Source of the DNA: an uncultured Clostridium sp.
GTDB lineage: Bacteria; Bacillota; Clostridia; TANB77; CAG-508
Reading direction: 5' to 3'
DNA length: 64,000 nt
NCBI GenBank assembly: GCA_948467875.1
Contig: CAOKFZ010000001.1
Span: 61,889-125,888, forward strand
This document shows, piece by piece, positions 1 through 10,623 of the stretch. A program made the position numbers and the translations under genes. The notes below the pieces were generated by a model that searched no databases, had not been told where the DNA came from, and was given only the letters and a program-made list of their open reading frames with translations. The stretch's first letter is position 1. The number at the start of each line of letters is the position of its first letter.

Positions 1-888
1 ATATTTCTGCTATCACAAGTATCACATTTCGTCACTGGAGCTGGTCCCTCAATTCGTTTTCCACAAACTTCACAATACGTGCGGTGATATTTTCCAAGTT
101 TGGGATCCAAACCATAATTCGCCAGAATTTTACGTCCATCTTCATTTTTTAAAGCCTTAACAAATTCCTCAAAATTCACTTCTTCCACTAATATTTTGTT
201 ATACTCTCTTGCAATTCTTGGAAGCGAATGCGCATCCGAATTCGTCAAAAAAGTTTTGGTTTCTAGTTCTGAAATTTCATCCGCTAAAAATGTGTCAGAA
301 CTCAATCCCAATTCAATGGCAGGAATTTTGTCATATTTTTCTTTAAAAATGCGTTTCAAGGAAGATGTGCAATTTCCATAAAAACTTTTATGTGGCGTAA
401 AACAATGCGCTGGCACCAAAATTCCATGATACTTTTCCACAATATCCACCAACTCATAGGCTGACAAATTGGCTCTTTGCGAACTAAGCGTGATATTTTT
501 GATATGGTTTGACATTTCTTTGGAAAAAGCTTTGATATCCTCCAACGTCGGGAAATAGCACAAATTATGCGCACTTCCTGTTCCACCTGCATCATTTACC
601 TCAGAAGTCTCAATCTCGCTTCCTAAAATAATGCAAACTTTATCACGATACAAGATACCCCCCCCGGGTATTTGAGTTGCTTCCCCTGTTCCGCAAAAAA
701 TCCTCAATATCTTCTATCACATAAGGAGACGCACAATCAATAATGCCTACCATTTGAATGCCTTTTCGTTCCACGCATTCTTTTGCAATATTGGCAAAAT
801 TCAAGCTCCTTGCACCTGTTATTTTGATTGGCTTGCCTTTTTCACTTCTTCCAATATGTACATGCAAATCAGCAAATATTTCAACCAT
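1..888 (-). CDS. Endonuclease Q-like / TIGR00375-family PHP-domain protein. The N-terminal ~295 codons are in the window and the gene runs past the left edge. The reading frame is broken at least twice.
   Basis: ORF 643-888 starts MVEIFADLHVHIG, a PHP-type metal site. After the frame breaks, the minus strand re-translates to a coherent protein: ...NDAGGTGSAHNLCYFPTLEDIKAF...HCFTPHKSFYGN...CEVCGKRIEGPAPVTKCDTCDS (C-terminal zinc ribbon). The breaks sit at C-homopolymers near 598-600 and 657-665. Confidence 0.55.
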
Positions 889-903
889 CTTTTTCTCCTT
901 TTT

Positions 904-2073
904 CTACTCCAACTTATCTGCAACTACACTATGGTCTCCATCATCACTGTCATCTTTTGTCAAAATAATTCCTGTTGCAATTGGTCTTGTTTTGTGGGCA
1001 CCTGTACTATCAATTGGGTCATTCACAATTGTATTATTGACCACCAAAACACTTGAAGTTCCACCATCTAAATTCGCTGCATTATAAGCGCCATATCTTA
1101 GCAAAACCTTAATCAAATCATCCATGTCAGCACCAACTTTTGTTGCTTTTCTACCATCTACGACTAAAAATAATACTATTCCGTCAGTTCTTTGTGCAAT
1201 GGCTGTTCTTGGAGCTTCTCCCCAGCCACCATTTCCAACAACAGAAGATTTTTTCCCATTCACAATCAAAAATGGCCCAAATGTTACAGCATCTCGAATA
1301 TCTTTTGCCTGTGCTTCTTTTTTCGTCACTCTTGATGATAAAATCAATTTGTTGGCTCTCGTAAAACCGATAATTCCACCTGCACCATCATATTTTGCTT
1401 GAGAGGCATATTCCCAATTGCAAACTGTAACACCTAATGGCGAACCACCTGTACTGCTAAAATTTGGATCATCAAAACCACCACCATTTATGGCAATCAA
1501 AGCATCATGTTCTTCTGCCATTTCGGTCAAATATTGTCCTGAAACACCCAATTTTCGTGTACAAACTGCTCGAATTCGAGACGGATCATAAACCGCCACC
1601 AAATAACCAGAAAATTTCTTTTCATTAATTTCAATAATTTTATAATCATTATTATTTGGATCACGCTCCAAAATGGCTCTTTCGTATTCATTCGCATATT
1701 CCGTCGTTTGCGCCATGCCTAAGTTAATTGCAGCCATATTGGTATCTTCATTGATTTCTACTACTTTGTTGCGGTTCATCACATCAGCAATCACATCTTC
1801 ATCATAAAACCAAGTTGCAAAATATTGATGTGTCATCGTCGTCATGGCTGTTGTCACTAGCCATTCTCTAAAGGTTGCCCATGGTCCATACAACAAAGTC
1901 AAACCTACAATAATACAGATACAACCTAACAAAAACATACTTGCAAAAAATCTTTTTAATCCAATATGCTCATTTTTCTTTCTTGCTTTTTTAAACTTTT
2001 TTCGGGCACGCCTTGCTCTTTGAAGTTCTGCTCTTTCGCTCATTATTTCTTTATCTATTGTACTTACTCTCAT
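904..2073 (-). CDS. Phosphodiester glycosidase family protein (DUF2233-like) with a basic N-terminus and one TM anchor
   Basis: 389-aa ORF with the typical architecture: a charged N-terminus, a TM helix (FFASMFLLGCICIIVGLTLLYG), then a large extracytoplasmic domain with NGGGF and DGGTSS motifs. Confidence 0.55.
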   Translation of the reverse strand: MRVSTIDKEIMSERAELQRARRARKKFKKARKKNEHIGLKRFFASMFLLGCICIIVGLTLLYGPWATFREWLVTTAMTTMTHQYFATWFYDEDVIADVMNRNKVVEINEDTNMAAINLGMAQTTEYANEYERAILERDPNNNDYKIIEINEKKFSGYLVAVYDPSRIRAVCTRKLGVSGQYLTEMAEEHDALIAINGGGFDDPNFSSTGGSPLGVTVCNWEYASQAKYDGAGGIIGFTRANKLILSSRVTKKEAQAKDIRDAVTFGPFLIVNGKKSSVVGNGGWGEAPRTAIAQRTDGIVLFLVVDGRKATKVGADMDDLIKVLLRYGAYNAANLDGGTSSVLVVNNTIVNDPIDSTGAHKTRPIATGIILTKDDSDDGDHSVVADKLE

Positions 2074-2295
2074 TTTTTCATCTCATCCTTTCAGCCGAAA
2101 AAATCTAACTGCAAACTTCTCTTTTTATTTATCGTTAACATATCTATTTTACCTAATTTTTTTCATTTTGTCTATACTTTTTAGACAAATAATTACAAAA
2201 CTTGCTAAAATAATCGACTATTTTTCTCGGAAAGCATTGACTTTCCACGCCTTTTATAATATATTAAAATTATCTTAAAATAGGAGGAAAATTTT

Positions 2296-3159
2296 ATGAA
2301 TGATTTAATGTCATTATTATTTGAAACAAATGCCTTTAAAATATGTGAAGAAAATAAGCCTTTTTGGTATACCTCTGGAAAAATTGGTCCTTACTTTATT
2401 AATACACATTTCCTTTACGGAAGTGCAGAAGATGCTCAAGAATTGCTTGATTTTATTGATGTTCAATTAGAAACTGTGTCGAAAGATTTAATTCCAGGTA
2501 ACCTTTTTGAAAAAATCCAAAAACAATATGAGACAAATGAAATTTATAAAACCATTGTTGACCATTTAAAAGAATTTATTGAAACAAGAATTGACCTAGA
2601 AAAAATTGATTATATTTCTGGAGGCGAAAGACGCGATTGGTATTTTTCTATTATTCTTGCTTATTTACTAGGTAAACCACATATTACAATTTACAAAGAC
2701 TTATCCACAGTTGTTAGTACCTGCGATTTTGAAGAAGCTACACCAGTCACAAAATTATCAGGAAAAAATATATTGCACATTGCAGATTTAATTACCATTG
2801 CTTCAAGCTATCTTCGTGCTTGGGTTCCAGCTATTAAAAATTTGGATGCTCATATGACAACAAGTATTTCAGTCGTAGACAGAATGCAAGGTGGTGCACA
2901 AGTTTTAAGCAATCTTGGTATTCGCTGTCTTTCTTTATTCCAAATTAACCAAACATTATTTCAAAAAGCAAAAGAGTTAGGAATTATTAATGAAACACAA
3001 TTACAAATGCTACAAAAATTTAGCGAAAACCCTGATGATTGTATGCGAGAATTTTTAATCGCTCATCCAGAATTTTTAGAAAACGCATTAAATTCCGATG
3101 ACCCAAAAACTGCCAAACGTGCCAAATTATGCAAAGACCAAAATTTATATCATTTATAA
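2296..3159 (+). CDS. Divergent orotate phosphoribosyltransferase-like (type I PRTase fold) protein with a degenerate PRPP loop and a C-terminal extension
   Basis: A strong RBS (AGGAGG) lies 8 nt upstream of the ATG. The N-terminal segment KPFWYTSGKIGPYFINTHFLYGS resembles the PyrE segment FTLKSGRKSPYFFNAGLF. The PRPP-loop position reads ILHIADLITIASS instead of VDDVITTG. Confidence 0.4.
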   Translation: MNDLMSLLFETNAFKICEENKPFWYTSGKIGPYFINTHFLYGSAEDAQELLDFIDVQLETVSKDLIPGNLFEKIQKQYETNEIYKTIVDHLKEFIETRIDLEKIDYISGGERRDWYFSIILAYLLGKPHITIYKDLSTVVSTCDFEEATPVTKLSGKNILHIADLITIASSYLRAWVPAIKNLDAHMTTSISVVDRMQGGAQVLSNLGIRCLSLFQINQTLFQKAKELGIINETQLQMLQKFSENPDDCMREFLIAHPEFLENALNSDDPKTAKRAKLCKDQNLYHL

Positions 3160-3160
3160 A

Positions 3161-3196
3161 CTAAAAGAGGAGATTTTCAAATTTCTCCTCTTTTTA
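3161..3196. terminator. Bidirectional intrinsic terminator between the convergent genes 2296-3159 (+) and 3194-5338 (-)
   Basis: The stem AAGAGGAGA / TCTCCTCTT is flanked by an A-run upstream and a T-run downstream. Confidence 0.6.
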
Positions 3197-5338
3197 AAAA
3201 GCACCTCCGGCCACCGACCTCGTCCGCCGCCACCGATGGAAACCACCTCCGCCAGAAAATCCGCCACCAGAACTACTTCCACCGTCACTTCCCATATTTT
3301 TCAATGCACTGCCATATAGTTCCGTCACATTAGATAAACAACTCCAGTACGTATCCAAAAATCTTCTTTCAAAGCAATTATAGCGATAAAAATCTCCAAA
3401 ATCATTGGCAATCATGCCATAAAAACTAGTTTGAAATGCTAATTTCATCAAATCATCATCCAGCTGTTTTGTCTGAATTCTTCCCATAATTTTTTGGGCA
3501 ACCCCAAATGAAACCGCATAAGCCAAATATTGGTCCCATAGAAAAATTTGCTCAATGTCACGTTGGTCACTTAACGTATAATCTTGAATTTTGTCTTTTA
3601 GACAATTTAGTTTACTAAAATCCTCAATCGCAATAACTGAATTTTTCAACATCAAATTATCAGTCAAACAAATAATCAAAGCAATTGAAAGCAGCAATTC
3701 GTCCAAAATCAAGCCCCTTGCTTCCACAAAAAATCCCGTAATTGTCATAAAAATTGCATCTATTAGCAAAATCGTTATAGTTGTGCTAACTAGCCTTTTG
3801 CCTGAATGCTTTTGAACAATGCCAACCACTTTTCGCCTAATCGACATTACTAACCACAAAAGAAAATAAATAACCGCCATAATCACTGGTAACAACATCA
3901 AAATAATCATTCCGAATGTTTTTACCAAATATACCAAATTGTCCACATTAAAAACATTGAACACAATTTCATGCACTGAAACTGTCGCCCAAATCAGTGT
4001 TATCACAAGCAAAATATTGTTTAGCATTCTAACTAGCATTGGCACAGCTGCACGATTGGCGCCAATCATTTGCAAACTATTTTTACAAAGTACATCGAGT
4101 TGTTTAAATCTTTCATTTGCCATGGCTTCTTTGGGCAACTCTTCCAGTCTTTTTGTCAAATTGACAGTATCCCCATCTTTAAAAATCCAGTGATAAATAT
4201 AACGTTCAATTTTATCCATCTGTTTTTCTTTTTTCGGATTTTTAGAAATCTCGTACAAATATTGGTCTTCCTTTGATGAATTTGTTAGTTTGGGCAATAA
4301 TTTCAAAATGATAATTTTTTTATGAATTAAATTCAAAATAACAGCAATAATATCACGTGACAAAATATCTCGACTTCCTTGCAAACAGCCAGCCACAAGT
4401 GGGTTATATTTTTGAAACAAAGCTTGTTCGTCAAAATTTGTCACTTTATATTTTTTATCTATCTCATAAACAAACAACAAAATCATCCAATAAACGAACA
4501 ATACAAAGCAAAAAATAGCTGTCTTCTGATTTCTTTTTTGCTTAGATTCTCGATTTTGCCCAATAATTGCTTCGTCCTGCAACACCAAATCTGTTGCTGC
4601 AATACCACTCGTTTTCGTACAATTAGGAATGCAATTCAAATCAAACAGAATTCTAACAGCAACATATTCGTTTGGTTTTACTTGGGAAGTTTTAAAATTA
4701 GCATGTGAATTCGACTGTATGGTCGAAACTCCATTATAATTTCCATGTCCCCAAATTTTCAAATTCGTATTGGCTGGGTCTACATAAACATCAATATTCA
4801 GATTTTTGATTGTTTCATCCCAACTTCCGCCAATGAAATTATAATACAATTCCCCCACATCATCATGCTTTACACAAACATCTTGCAGAGTATAATTGAG
4901 TTCAAAATTTTTGGTTTCATCTTTGGATGGCGAAAAAATTTTTACTTTTAAAATGCCATTTTCTCTCGCTACACTGTAAACTCCATTTTGCCCATTTTCA
5001 GCAAAATCCTGTTTTGTAAACGCCACATTACTTGACGAAATCTCATGAATTTCAACTCCTGAATTGTTGTACAAACTATCTTTTAAAGTGCTTTGCTCAC
5101 GATAAGCATCATACTCGCTATCCTCCAAAGCGTATGGAATCGTCACATACACACCATTATAGTTTCCTTCAAAAGTATACGTCATTTTCTGCTTAACATT
5201 GACTGAGCCATCTGATTCAATGGTGGCTTGGATATCCATGTTATCAATGGAATAACTTTTTCCATAACAACAATTGCCAATTGCTATTGCAACTGTAAAT
5301 AAAAATATAACCAACCAAAACTTTAATCTTTTGTTCAT
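3194..5338 (-). CDS. DUF2207-family membrane protein with a signal peptide, a large extracellular domain, multiple TM helices and a Gly-rich C-terminal tail
   Basis: The N-terminus MNKRLKFWLVIFLFTVAIAIG is a signal/anchor. Several hydrophobic helices occur mid-protein. The C-terminus SDGGSSSGGGFSGGGGF is typical of DUF2207. Confidence 0.55.
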   Translation of the reverse strand: MNKRLKFWLVIFLFTVAIAIGNCCYGKSYSIDNMDIQATIESDGSVNVKQKMTYTFEGNYNGVYVTIPYALEDSEYDAYREQSTLKDSLYNNSGVEIHEISSSNVAFTKQDFAENGQNGVYSVARENGILKVKIFSPSKDETKNFELNYTLQDVCVKHDDVGELYYNFIGGSWDETIKNLNIDVYVDPANTNLKIWGHGNYNGVSTIQSNSHANFKTSQVKPNEYVAVRILFDLNCIPNCTKTSGIAATDLVLQDEAIIGQNRESKQKRNQKTAIFCFVLFVYWMILLFVYEIDKKYKVTNFDEQALFQKYNPLVAGCLQGSRDILSRDIIAVILNLIHKKIIILKLLPKLTNSSKEDQYLYEISKNPKKEKQMDKIERYIYHWIFKDGDTVNLTKRLEELPKEAMANERFKQLDVLCKNSLQMIGANRAAVPMLVRMLNNILLVITLIWATVSVHEIVFNVFNVDNLVYLVKTFGMIILMLLPVIMAVIYFLLWLVMSIRRKVVGIVQKHSGKRLVSTTITILLIDAIFMTITGFFVEARGLILDELLLSIALIICLTDNLMLKNSVIAIEDFSKLNCLKDKIQDYTLSDQRDIEQIFLWDQYLAYAVSFGVAQKIMGRIQTKQLDDDLMKLAFQTSFYGMIANDFGDFYRYNCFERRFLDTYWSCLSNVTELYGSALKNMGSDGGSSSGGGFSGGGGFHRWRRTRSVAGGAF

Positions 5339-5351
5339 TTCTTTGCTCCAT

Positions 5352-5609
5352 TTATCCTATTTTTTTCTTAATTTCTTCTAGTCCTTTCGCCATTTGGTCT
5401 GGGCATGACGTTCCCTTATAACCACAAGGAATTCCTTTCAAACGTTTAATTGCCTCATCAATTGTCATACCTGCCAACAATTTTGACAATCCAACCGTGT
5501 TTCCTGCACAACCTCCAATAATTTGTGCTTTTTTAATAATTCCCTCTTCAATATCCACAATCATTTCTTGTGAACAAACTCCTTCTGGATGAAATTTATA
5601 TTGCATCAC
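5352..5609 (-). CDS. TSCPD domain protein (TIGR03905 family)
   Basis: 85 aa with GGCAGNTVGLSKL and ...GTSCPDQ motifs. It sits directly downstream of the dGTPase-like gene. Confidence 0.65.
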   Translation of the reverse strand: MMQYKFHPEGVCSQEMIVDIEEGIIKKAQIIGGCAGNTVGLSKLLAGMTIDEAIKRLKGIPCGYKGTSCPDQMAKGLEEIKKKIG

Positions 5610-5621
5610 TTTTCCTCCTTT

Positions 5622-6827
5622 TTAAAATCTCACAATTTCGTCATACACTTGAACCGTATATTGATCCGTCATTCCAGACAAATAATCAATAATAGCTCGG
5701 CAATAATCTTCCCTGCTTTCCAAGTCATAAATAATTTTATTATGGTAATTTGCCTCAACTCTATCCTCCGTCTGAGCATAATTGACAAGCCATTCAGCAA
5801 ATTCCGTGGCAAGTATCGGATAATATCTTTTTAGTTTCTTCAAATTATATATTGTGCGTTTTCCAGCAAATTCATTCCTCAAACAACAAAAAATCTCATG
5901 AAACACTAACTTAAAATAGCGAATCGAAGGCGCTATTTTTTCATTCAAATAAATATTTTGATAATTAAAATCTTTAATCAGTTTCATGGTTTCCAAGGCT
6001 TCTTTCGAAAATCGCAAGCCTTCTTTGGGCGAACTATTTTTGCATAAATCCACAGTCAAATAATTAATAATATTTGTATGATTTAAGTCAATCTTTTCTG
6101 TCAATTGATTTAGTTTTTCAATATCCTTATCTGTCAAAAGTTTCATGACTTTCGCATCTTCAATATCGCGCCCAATATATGAAATCTTGTCTGCAATTTT
6201 CACAACACAGGCTTCCCATGTATAGGGCGCATATTGATTTGGTGTTATGTAATTTTTTAAATCAATTGCCTCATCACGTGGTTTCAAGGCATTTTCCAAA
6301 ATTTCCCCACAATGTGAAATAATACCATCACGAACGCTATATGTCAAACTCAAGTTTCTTTTTTTGTTTTCAAAATCTGTCAGCAACTCCAAATCGTCCA
6401 CCAAATGCAAGCCATTTTTCTCATGCCAAAACGGCTCTCCATATTCCCTTTGCGCAATCTCAGAAAGTATTTTTTCTCCCTGATGCCCAAACGAACTATG
6501 CCCCAAATCATGCGCCACAGAAATCGCCCTCGTCAGTTCTGTGTTCAAACCCAAATAATTTGCAATCGTATAACTAACTGATTCCACCAAATTCACATGC
6601 TCCATTCTTGTACAAATATGGTCATTTTCAGGCGAGAAAAACACCTGAGTTTTATGCTTCAAACGCTTATATGCATTTGAATTAATAATTCTGGTATAAT
6701 CTCTGTCAAAATCAGTTCTCATCGTAGACAAACCATATGTATGCGAATACAGCGCCTTCTCTCGTTTCACAGCATTTTTCCACTTTTCATTTTTCTCATT
6801 CATTGCAACATTTTCAAACTTCTTCAT
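5622..6827 (-). CDS. dGTP triphosphohydrolase-like HD-domain protein
   Basis: 401 aa. Contains the HD motifs RMEHVNLVESVS, VAHDLGHSSFGH and GHQGE typical of Dgt-like proteins. Confidence 0.7.
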   Translation of the reverse strand: MKKFENVAMNEKNEKWKNAVKREKALYSHTYGLSTMRTDFDRDYTRIINSNAYKRLKHKTQVFFSPENDHICTRMEHVNLVESVSYTIANYLGLNTELTRAISVAHDLGHSSFGHQGEKILSEIAQREYGEPFWHEKNGLHLVDDLELLTDFENKKRNLSLTYSVRDGIISHCGEILENALKPRDEAIDLKNYITPNQYAPYTWEACVVKIADKISYIGRDIEDAKVMKLLTDKDIEKLNQLTEKIDLNHTNIINYLTVDLCKNSSPKEGLRFSKEALETMKLIKDFNYQNIYLNEKIAPSIRYFKLVFHEIFCCLRNEFAGKRTIYNLKKLKRYYPILATEFAEWLVNYAQTEDRVEANYHNKIIYDLESREDYCRAIIDYLSGMTDQYTVQVYDEIVRF

Positions 6828-6843
6828 TTGTTATTCCTCGTTA

Positions 6844-7395
6844 TTATTCCACTATGTATTTCTTAATTTCACAATTTTCATGCGCATACTTACTCAAATT
6901 TCCGTCTTCTGGTATTCCATTAAAATAAGCTCCAATTGCTCTACAAACACCATTATGTGTTACAATTAAGATTTTCTTATCAGGATATTTTGCCTTTACA
7001 TCTTCTAAAAAATCCCACACCATTTTTACAAATTCCTTGATTGGTGTCATTCCCTCAAAATCAAATTCATAATTGTAATTCCAATAATGAGGATAATCAA
7101 AACTCTCTTTTGGTTTACCCTCCATTTCTCCACAATCTCTTTCCATAATTCTGTTATCTTCAATTACTTCTTTATTTTTCACATTGACAATCTTGCACGT
7201 ATCCTGCGTTCTTTTCAAAGGAGAACAAATCACAAAATCATAATCTAGCTTTTCCACTTCACTTCTCGCATTTCTTGCTTGCTCTTCGCCTTTTTCCGTT
7301 AAAGAATATACTTGCTTTCTCCCAACCATGCCTTTACAAGCATTTGTTGCAGTTTGACCATGTCTGATTACATATAATTCCATATTTAACACCAC
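6844..7395 (-). CDS. Histidine phosphatase family protein (phosphoglycerate mutase-like)
   Basis: The RHGQT catalytic motif lies near the N-terminus (LYVIRHGQTATN). Confidence 0.7.
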   Translation of the reverse strand: MVLNMELYVIRHGQTATNACKGMVGRKQVYSLTEKGEEQARNARSEVEKLDYDFVICSPLKRTQDTCKIVNVKNKEVIEDNRIMERDCGEMEGKPKESFDYPHYWNYNYEFDFEGMTPIKEFVKMVWDFLEDVKAKYPDKKILIVTHNGVCRAIGAYFNGIPEDGNLSKYAHENCEIKKYIVE

Positions 7396-7480
7396 TTTCT
7401 TACAAATTCTTGAATATTTTTAAAATCATGATAACATTCTTTTAATTGCTCATGTGACCAATTTTCCAAAATGAATTTCA

Positions 7481-8377
7481 CTATTCATATAATTCCCCCC
7501 TAATTTCCAACAATTCCTCTTTTGAAAAATCATATTCTTGATTACAAAAATGACATTTGGTATTCGCCTTGCCATCTTCTTCAATGATTTTATCCAGTTC
7601 CACTTTTCCAATAGAAGCCAAACCATCGGCAAATCGCTCTTTCGAGCAATCACAGCGAAACTCAATCCCCAAATCACTGATTAAAAATAACGCATTTTCG
7701 TCACCTGTAACAGTTCTTACTATCTCTTCCAAACTTTTATCTTGATTTAACATTTCGCTAACTGGCTGTGCTTTTGAAACACTTTCTTCAATTTTAGAAA
7801 TCTCCTCTTCTGTTGCATCTGGCATCAATTGTATCATATAGCCACCACTTCTTTTCACGCCATTTTTATCCACCAACACGCCCAATGCAATGACAGTTGG
7901 CTTTTGCTGTGACTGGGCAAAATACTGCGTAAAATCCTCGGCAATTTCGCCAGAAACTAATGGAACTAATCCATTATATGCCGTTTTCGTGACTTCATTT
8001 TGCCTTATAATATTCAAAAATCCGTCTGTTCCAACCGCTTGCCCCACAGCAATTTTGCCATTTTCATTCAAAGGCAACTCCACACTTGGATTTTGGGCAT
8101 AAATCTTCACAAAAGATTTTGCTTCTTCTCGCTCAACTACTGCAACAATGCTTCCCATAGGTCCTCTTCCATTGATTTGAATAGTCAGGCTGTCCTCTGC
8201 CTCTTTCAACTCCGTCAAGCCCATCATGCCAACAATCGTTGCAACTCTTCCCAAAGCGGCTGTCGTTGTTGGTGTTAAATCATGCAAATTTCTAATTTGC
8301 TCCACCAATTCCGTCGTCTCTGCCGCAACAATGCTCACTTTTCCTTCATACGCTAACCCTTTAATCGCTCTATCCAT
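7481..8377 (-). CDS. hslO: Redox-regulated chaperone Hsp33
   Basis: 298 aa. The C-terminal zinc centre reads CDCSKERF...CHFCNQEY (CxC...CxxC). Confidence 0.85.
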   Translation of the reverse strand: MDRAIKGLAYEGKVSIVAAETTELVEQIRNLHDLTPTTTAALGRVATIVGMMGLTELKEAEDSLTIQINGRGPMGSIVAVVEREEAKSFVKIYAQNPSVELPLNENGKIAVGQAVGTDGFLNIIRQNEVTKTAYNGLVPLVSGEIAEDFTQYFAQSQQKPTVIALGVLVDKNGVKRSGGYMIQLMPDATEEEISKIEESVSKAQPVSEMLNQDKSLEEIVRTVTGDENALFLISDLGIEFRCDCSKERFADGLASIGKVELDKIIEEDGKANTKCHFCNQEYDFSKEELLEIRGELYE

Positions 8378-8412
8378 TTTTTCTCCTTTTTCTTATCCAT
8401 TTTTACTTTTTC

Positions 8413-10513
8413 CTATTTTTTCGCCGTTTTCTTTTTCGTAGTAGCCTTCTTCTTGGTCGTCGCTCTCTTCTTTGTTTTTGTTTCCTTTTCAATTTCCTGC
8501 GCATCTTCATTTTCCACAAAAACTTCGCCTGGCTTCGGTTTATTCCACGAAATATACGTACAACGATTTTCATTTCCTTCAAAATTATTTTCACAAATAT
8601 AAAAAGTACGCTTTTTCTTTGTTTTTCTAACTTGCACAACAGCTCCACACTTTGGACATGGTACATCAATTGTTTCAATAATTGGCTTCGCATTTTGGCA
8701 TTCTGGATAGCCTGGACACGCTAAAAACTTGCCATATTTTCCATATTTAATGACCATCATTCTGCCACATTTTTCACATGGCACATCTGATTCCTCATAT
8801 TCCAATTTCACATGTTCCAATTCTTTCTCCACTTTTTCCACAACTTGCTCAAACGGTCCATAAAATTGACGAATTACTTCTTTCCACTTTTCCTGTCCCT
8901 CTGCTACTTTGTCAAATTCCTCTTCCATTTTTGCCGTAAATTGCACATTAATCACATCTGAAAAATTCTCAATTAATAATTTATTCACGATTTTTCCTAA
9001 ATCCGTTGGAACCAATTGTTTTTGCACTTTTTCAATATAGCGTCTGGCCAAAATTGTCGTAATTGTAGGCGCATACGTACTTGGACGCCCAATTCCTTTT
9101 TCCTCCAATGTCTTAACAAGGCTCGCTTCTGTATAACGTGGAGGTGGCTCCGTAAAACTTTGCTTGCTATCAATCTTCTCTTTTTTGACCTCTTCCCCTA
9201 CTTGTAATTCTGGAATTTGCGTAAATTCCTCATCCTTTTGAACATCTTCGCCTTCGACATACAAGGTCATAAAACCTTTGAATTTCATTGTTTGCCCATT
9301 GGCTCGAAAATTGTAATGATTGGCATCAATCGAAACAGCCACTGTATCATATACCGCAGCTGCCATTTGGCTTGCAATAAAACGATTATAAATCAAGCGA
9401 TACAATTTATATTGGTCTGGTGTCAAATATTCTTTGATACTCTCAGGCGTAATATGAACATAACTTGGACGAATTGCCTCATGTGCATCTTGCGCATCTC
9501 CTTTTGTTTTAAAAAAGCGATTTTCATAATAATTTTCCCCATACGTTTTCGTAATATGCTCTTTTGATGCTGCTCTTGCTTCTTCTGAAATTCTCGTCGA
9601 ATCCGTTCTCATATATGTGATAAGTCCTGTGGTTCCCTGTTCTGGCAATTTCACACCTTCATATAAACCGCTGTGCTACTGACATCGTTTTCTTAATCGC
9701 AAAATTCAATTTTCTCGAAGCCTCTTGTTGCATTGTGCTCGTCGTAAAAGGAGGAGCAGGATTTCTCTTTTTCTCCCCTTTTTTAATGTCAACTACTTCG
9801 TATTTTGCCCCTTCTAAATCTGCCAAAATTTTGTCCACATCTTCTTTTGAATGAAGCTCCACTTTCTTTTTATCTTTGCCAATAAATTTGCAATCAAACT
9901 TTGTTTTCGTCTTTTTGTCAGATGCCTTCAAATAAATATTCCAATATTCCTCTGGAATAAATTTCTCAATTTCCTCTTCACGCTGCACAATCAAAGCAAC
10001 CGCAACCGATTGCACCCTTCCCGCAGACAAACCACGTTTTACTTTTTTCCACAAAACTGGGCTAATTTTATATCCCACAATTCGGTCAAGCACACGTCTT
10101 GCTTGTTGTGCATCTGTTAAATTCAAATCAATTTGTCTTGGATTTTGCATCGCATTTTTGACTGCATCTTTTGTAATCTCATTAAATGTGACACGACAAA
10201 TTGAATTTTGGTCAATTCCTAAAAGGTATGCCAAATGCCATGCAATCGCCTCTCCTTCGCGGTCAGGGTCAGTTGCAAGGTACACTTTTTTGGCGTTTTT
10301 CGCATCTTTTTTGAGCGCATTAATCAAAGGCGCTTTTCCACGGATATTAATATATTGTGGCTCAAAATCATGCTCAATATCAATTCCCATTTTGGATTTC
10401 GGCAAATCACGAATATGCCCCATAGATGCCACAACTTTACTTTTTCCACCCAAAAACTTTTTAATTGTATTTGCCTTGGCAGGCGACTCTACAATAACTA
10501 ATTTATCAACCAT
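8413..10513 (-). CDS. topA: DNA topoisomerase I, split into ORFs 9659-10513 and 8413-9654 by a 1-nt indel
   Basis: The N-terminal ORF carries a TOPRIM-type start ([16 protein letters not shown]). The downstream ORF carries [14 protein letters not shown], tandem C4 zinc ribbons and a K-rich tail. Re-translation across 9655-9670 gives a continuous ...[24 protein letters not shown]. The break is in a short A/T run. Confidence 0.85.
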
Positions 10514-10546
10514 TTACACTCTCCTAAAACTCAACTTTCTAAAACA

Positions 10547-10575
10547 AGTATACTCCATTGTTTTCAATTTGACAA
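10547..10575 (-). promoter_or_regulatory. Candidate sigma-A promoter for topA
   Basis: On the minus strand the sequence reads TTGTCA-17 nt-TATACT. An AGGAGAG RBS precedes the ATG at 10513. Confidence 0.4.
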
Positions 10576-10623
10576 GAGAAAAAACTTAATTTTATTGAAT
10601 ATTGTGCTATACTTGTACATTGC

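Noticed and set aside
356-595. 79-aa ORF MMQVEQEVRIICAISRRW... on the minus strand
   Set aside because: It is the wrong-frame read-through created by the frameshift in the EndoQ-like gene. The adjacent frame gives the conserved ...NDAGGTGSAHNLCYFPT... sequence.
7450-7677. 75-aa minus-strand ORF overlapping the 3' end of hslO
   Set aside because: It lies in another frame of hslO and has no support.
8403-8693. 96-aa Lys/Arg-rich ORF
   Set aside because: It is an alternative frame over the K-rich 3' end of topA with no independent signals.
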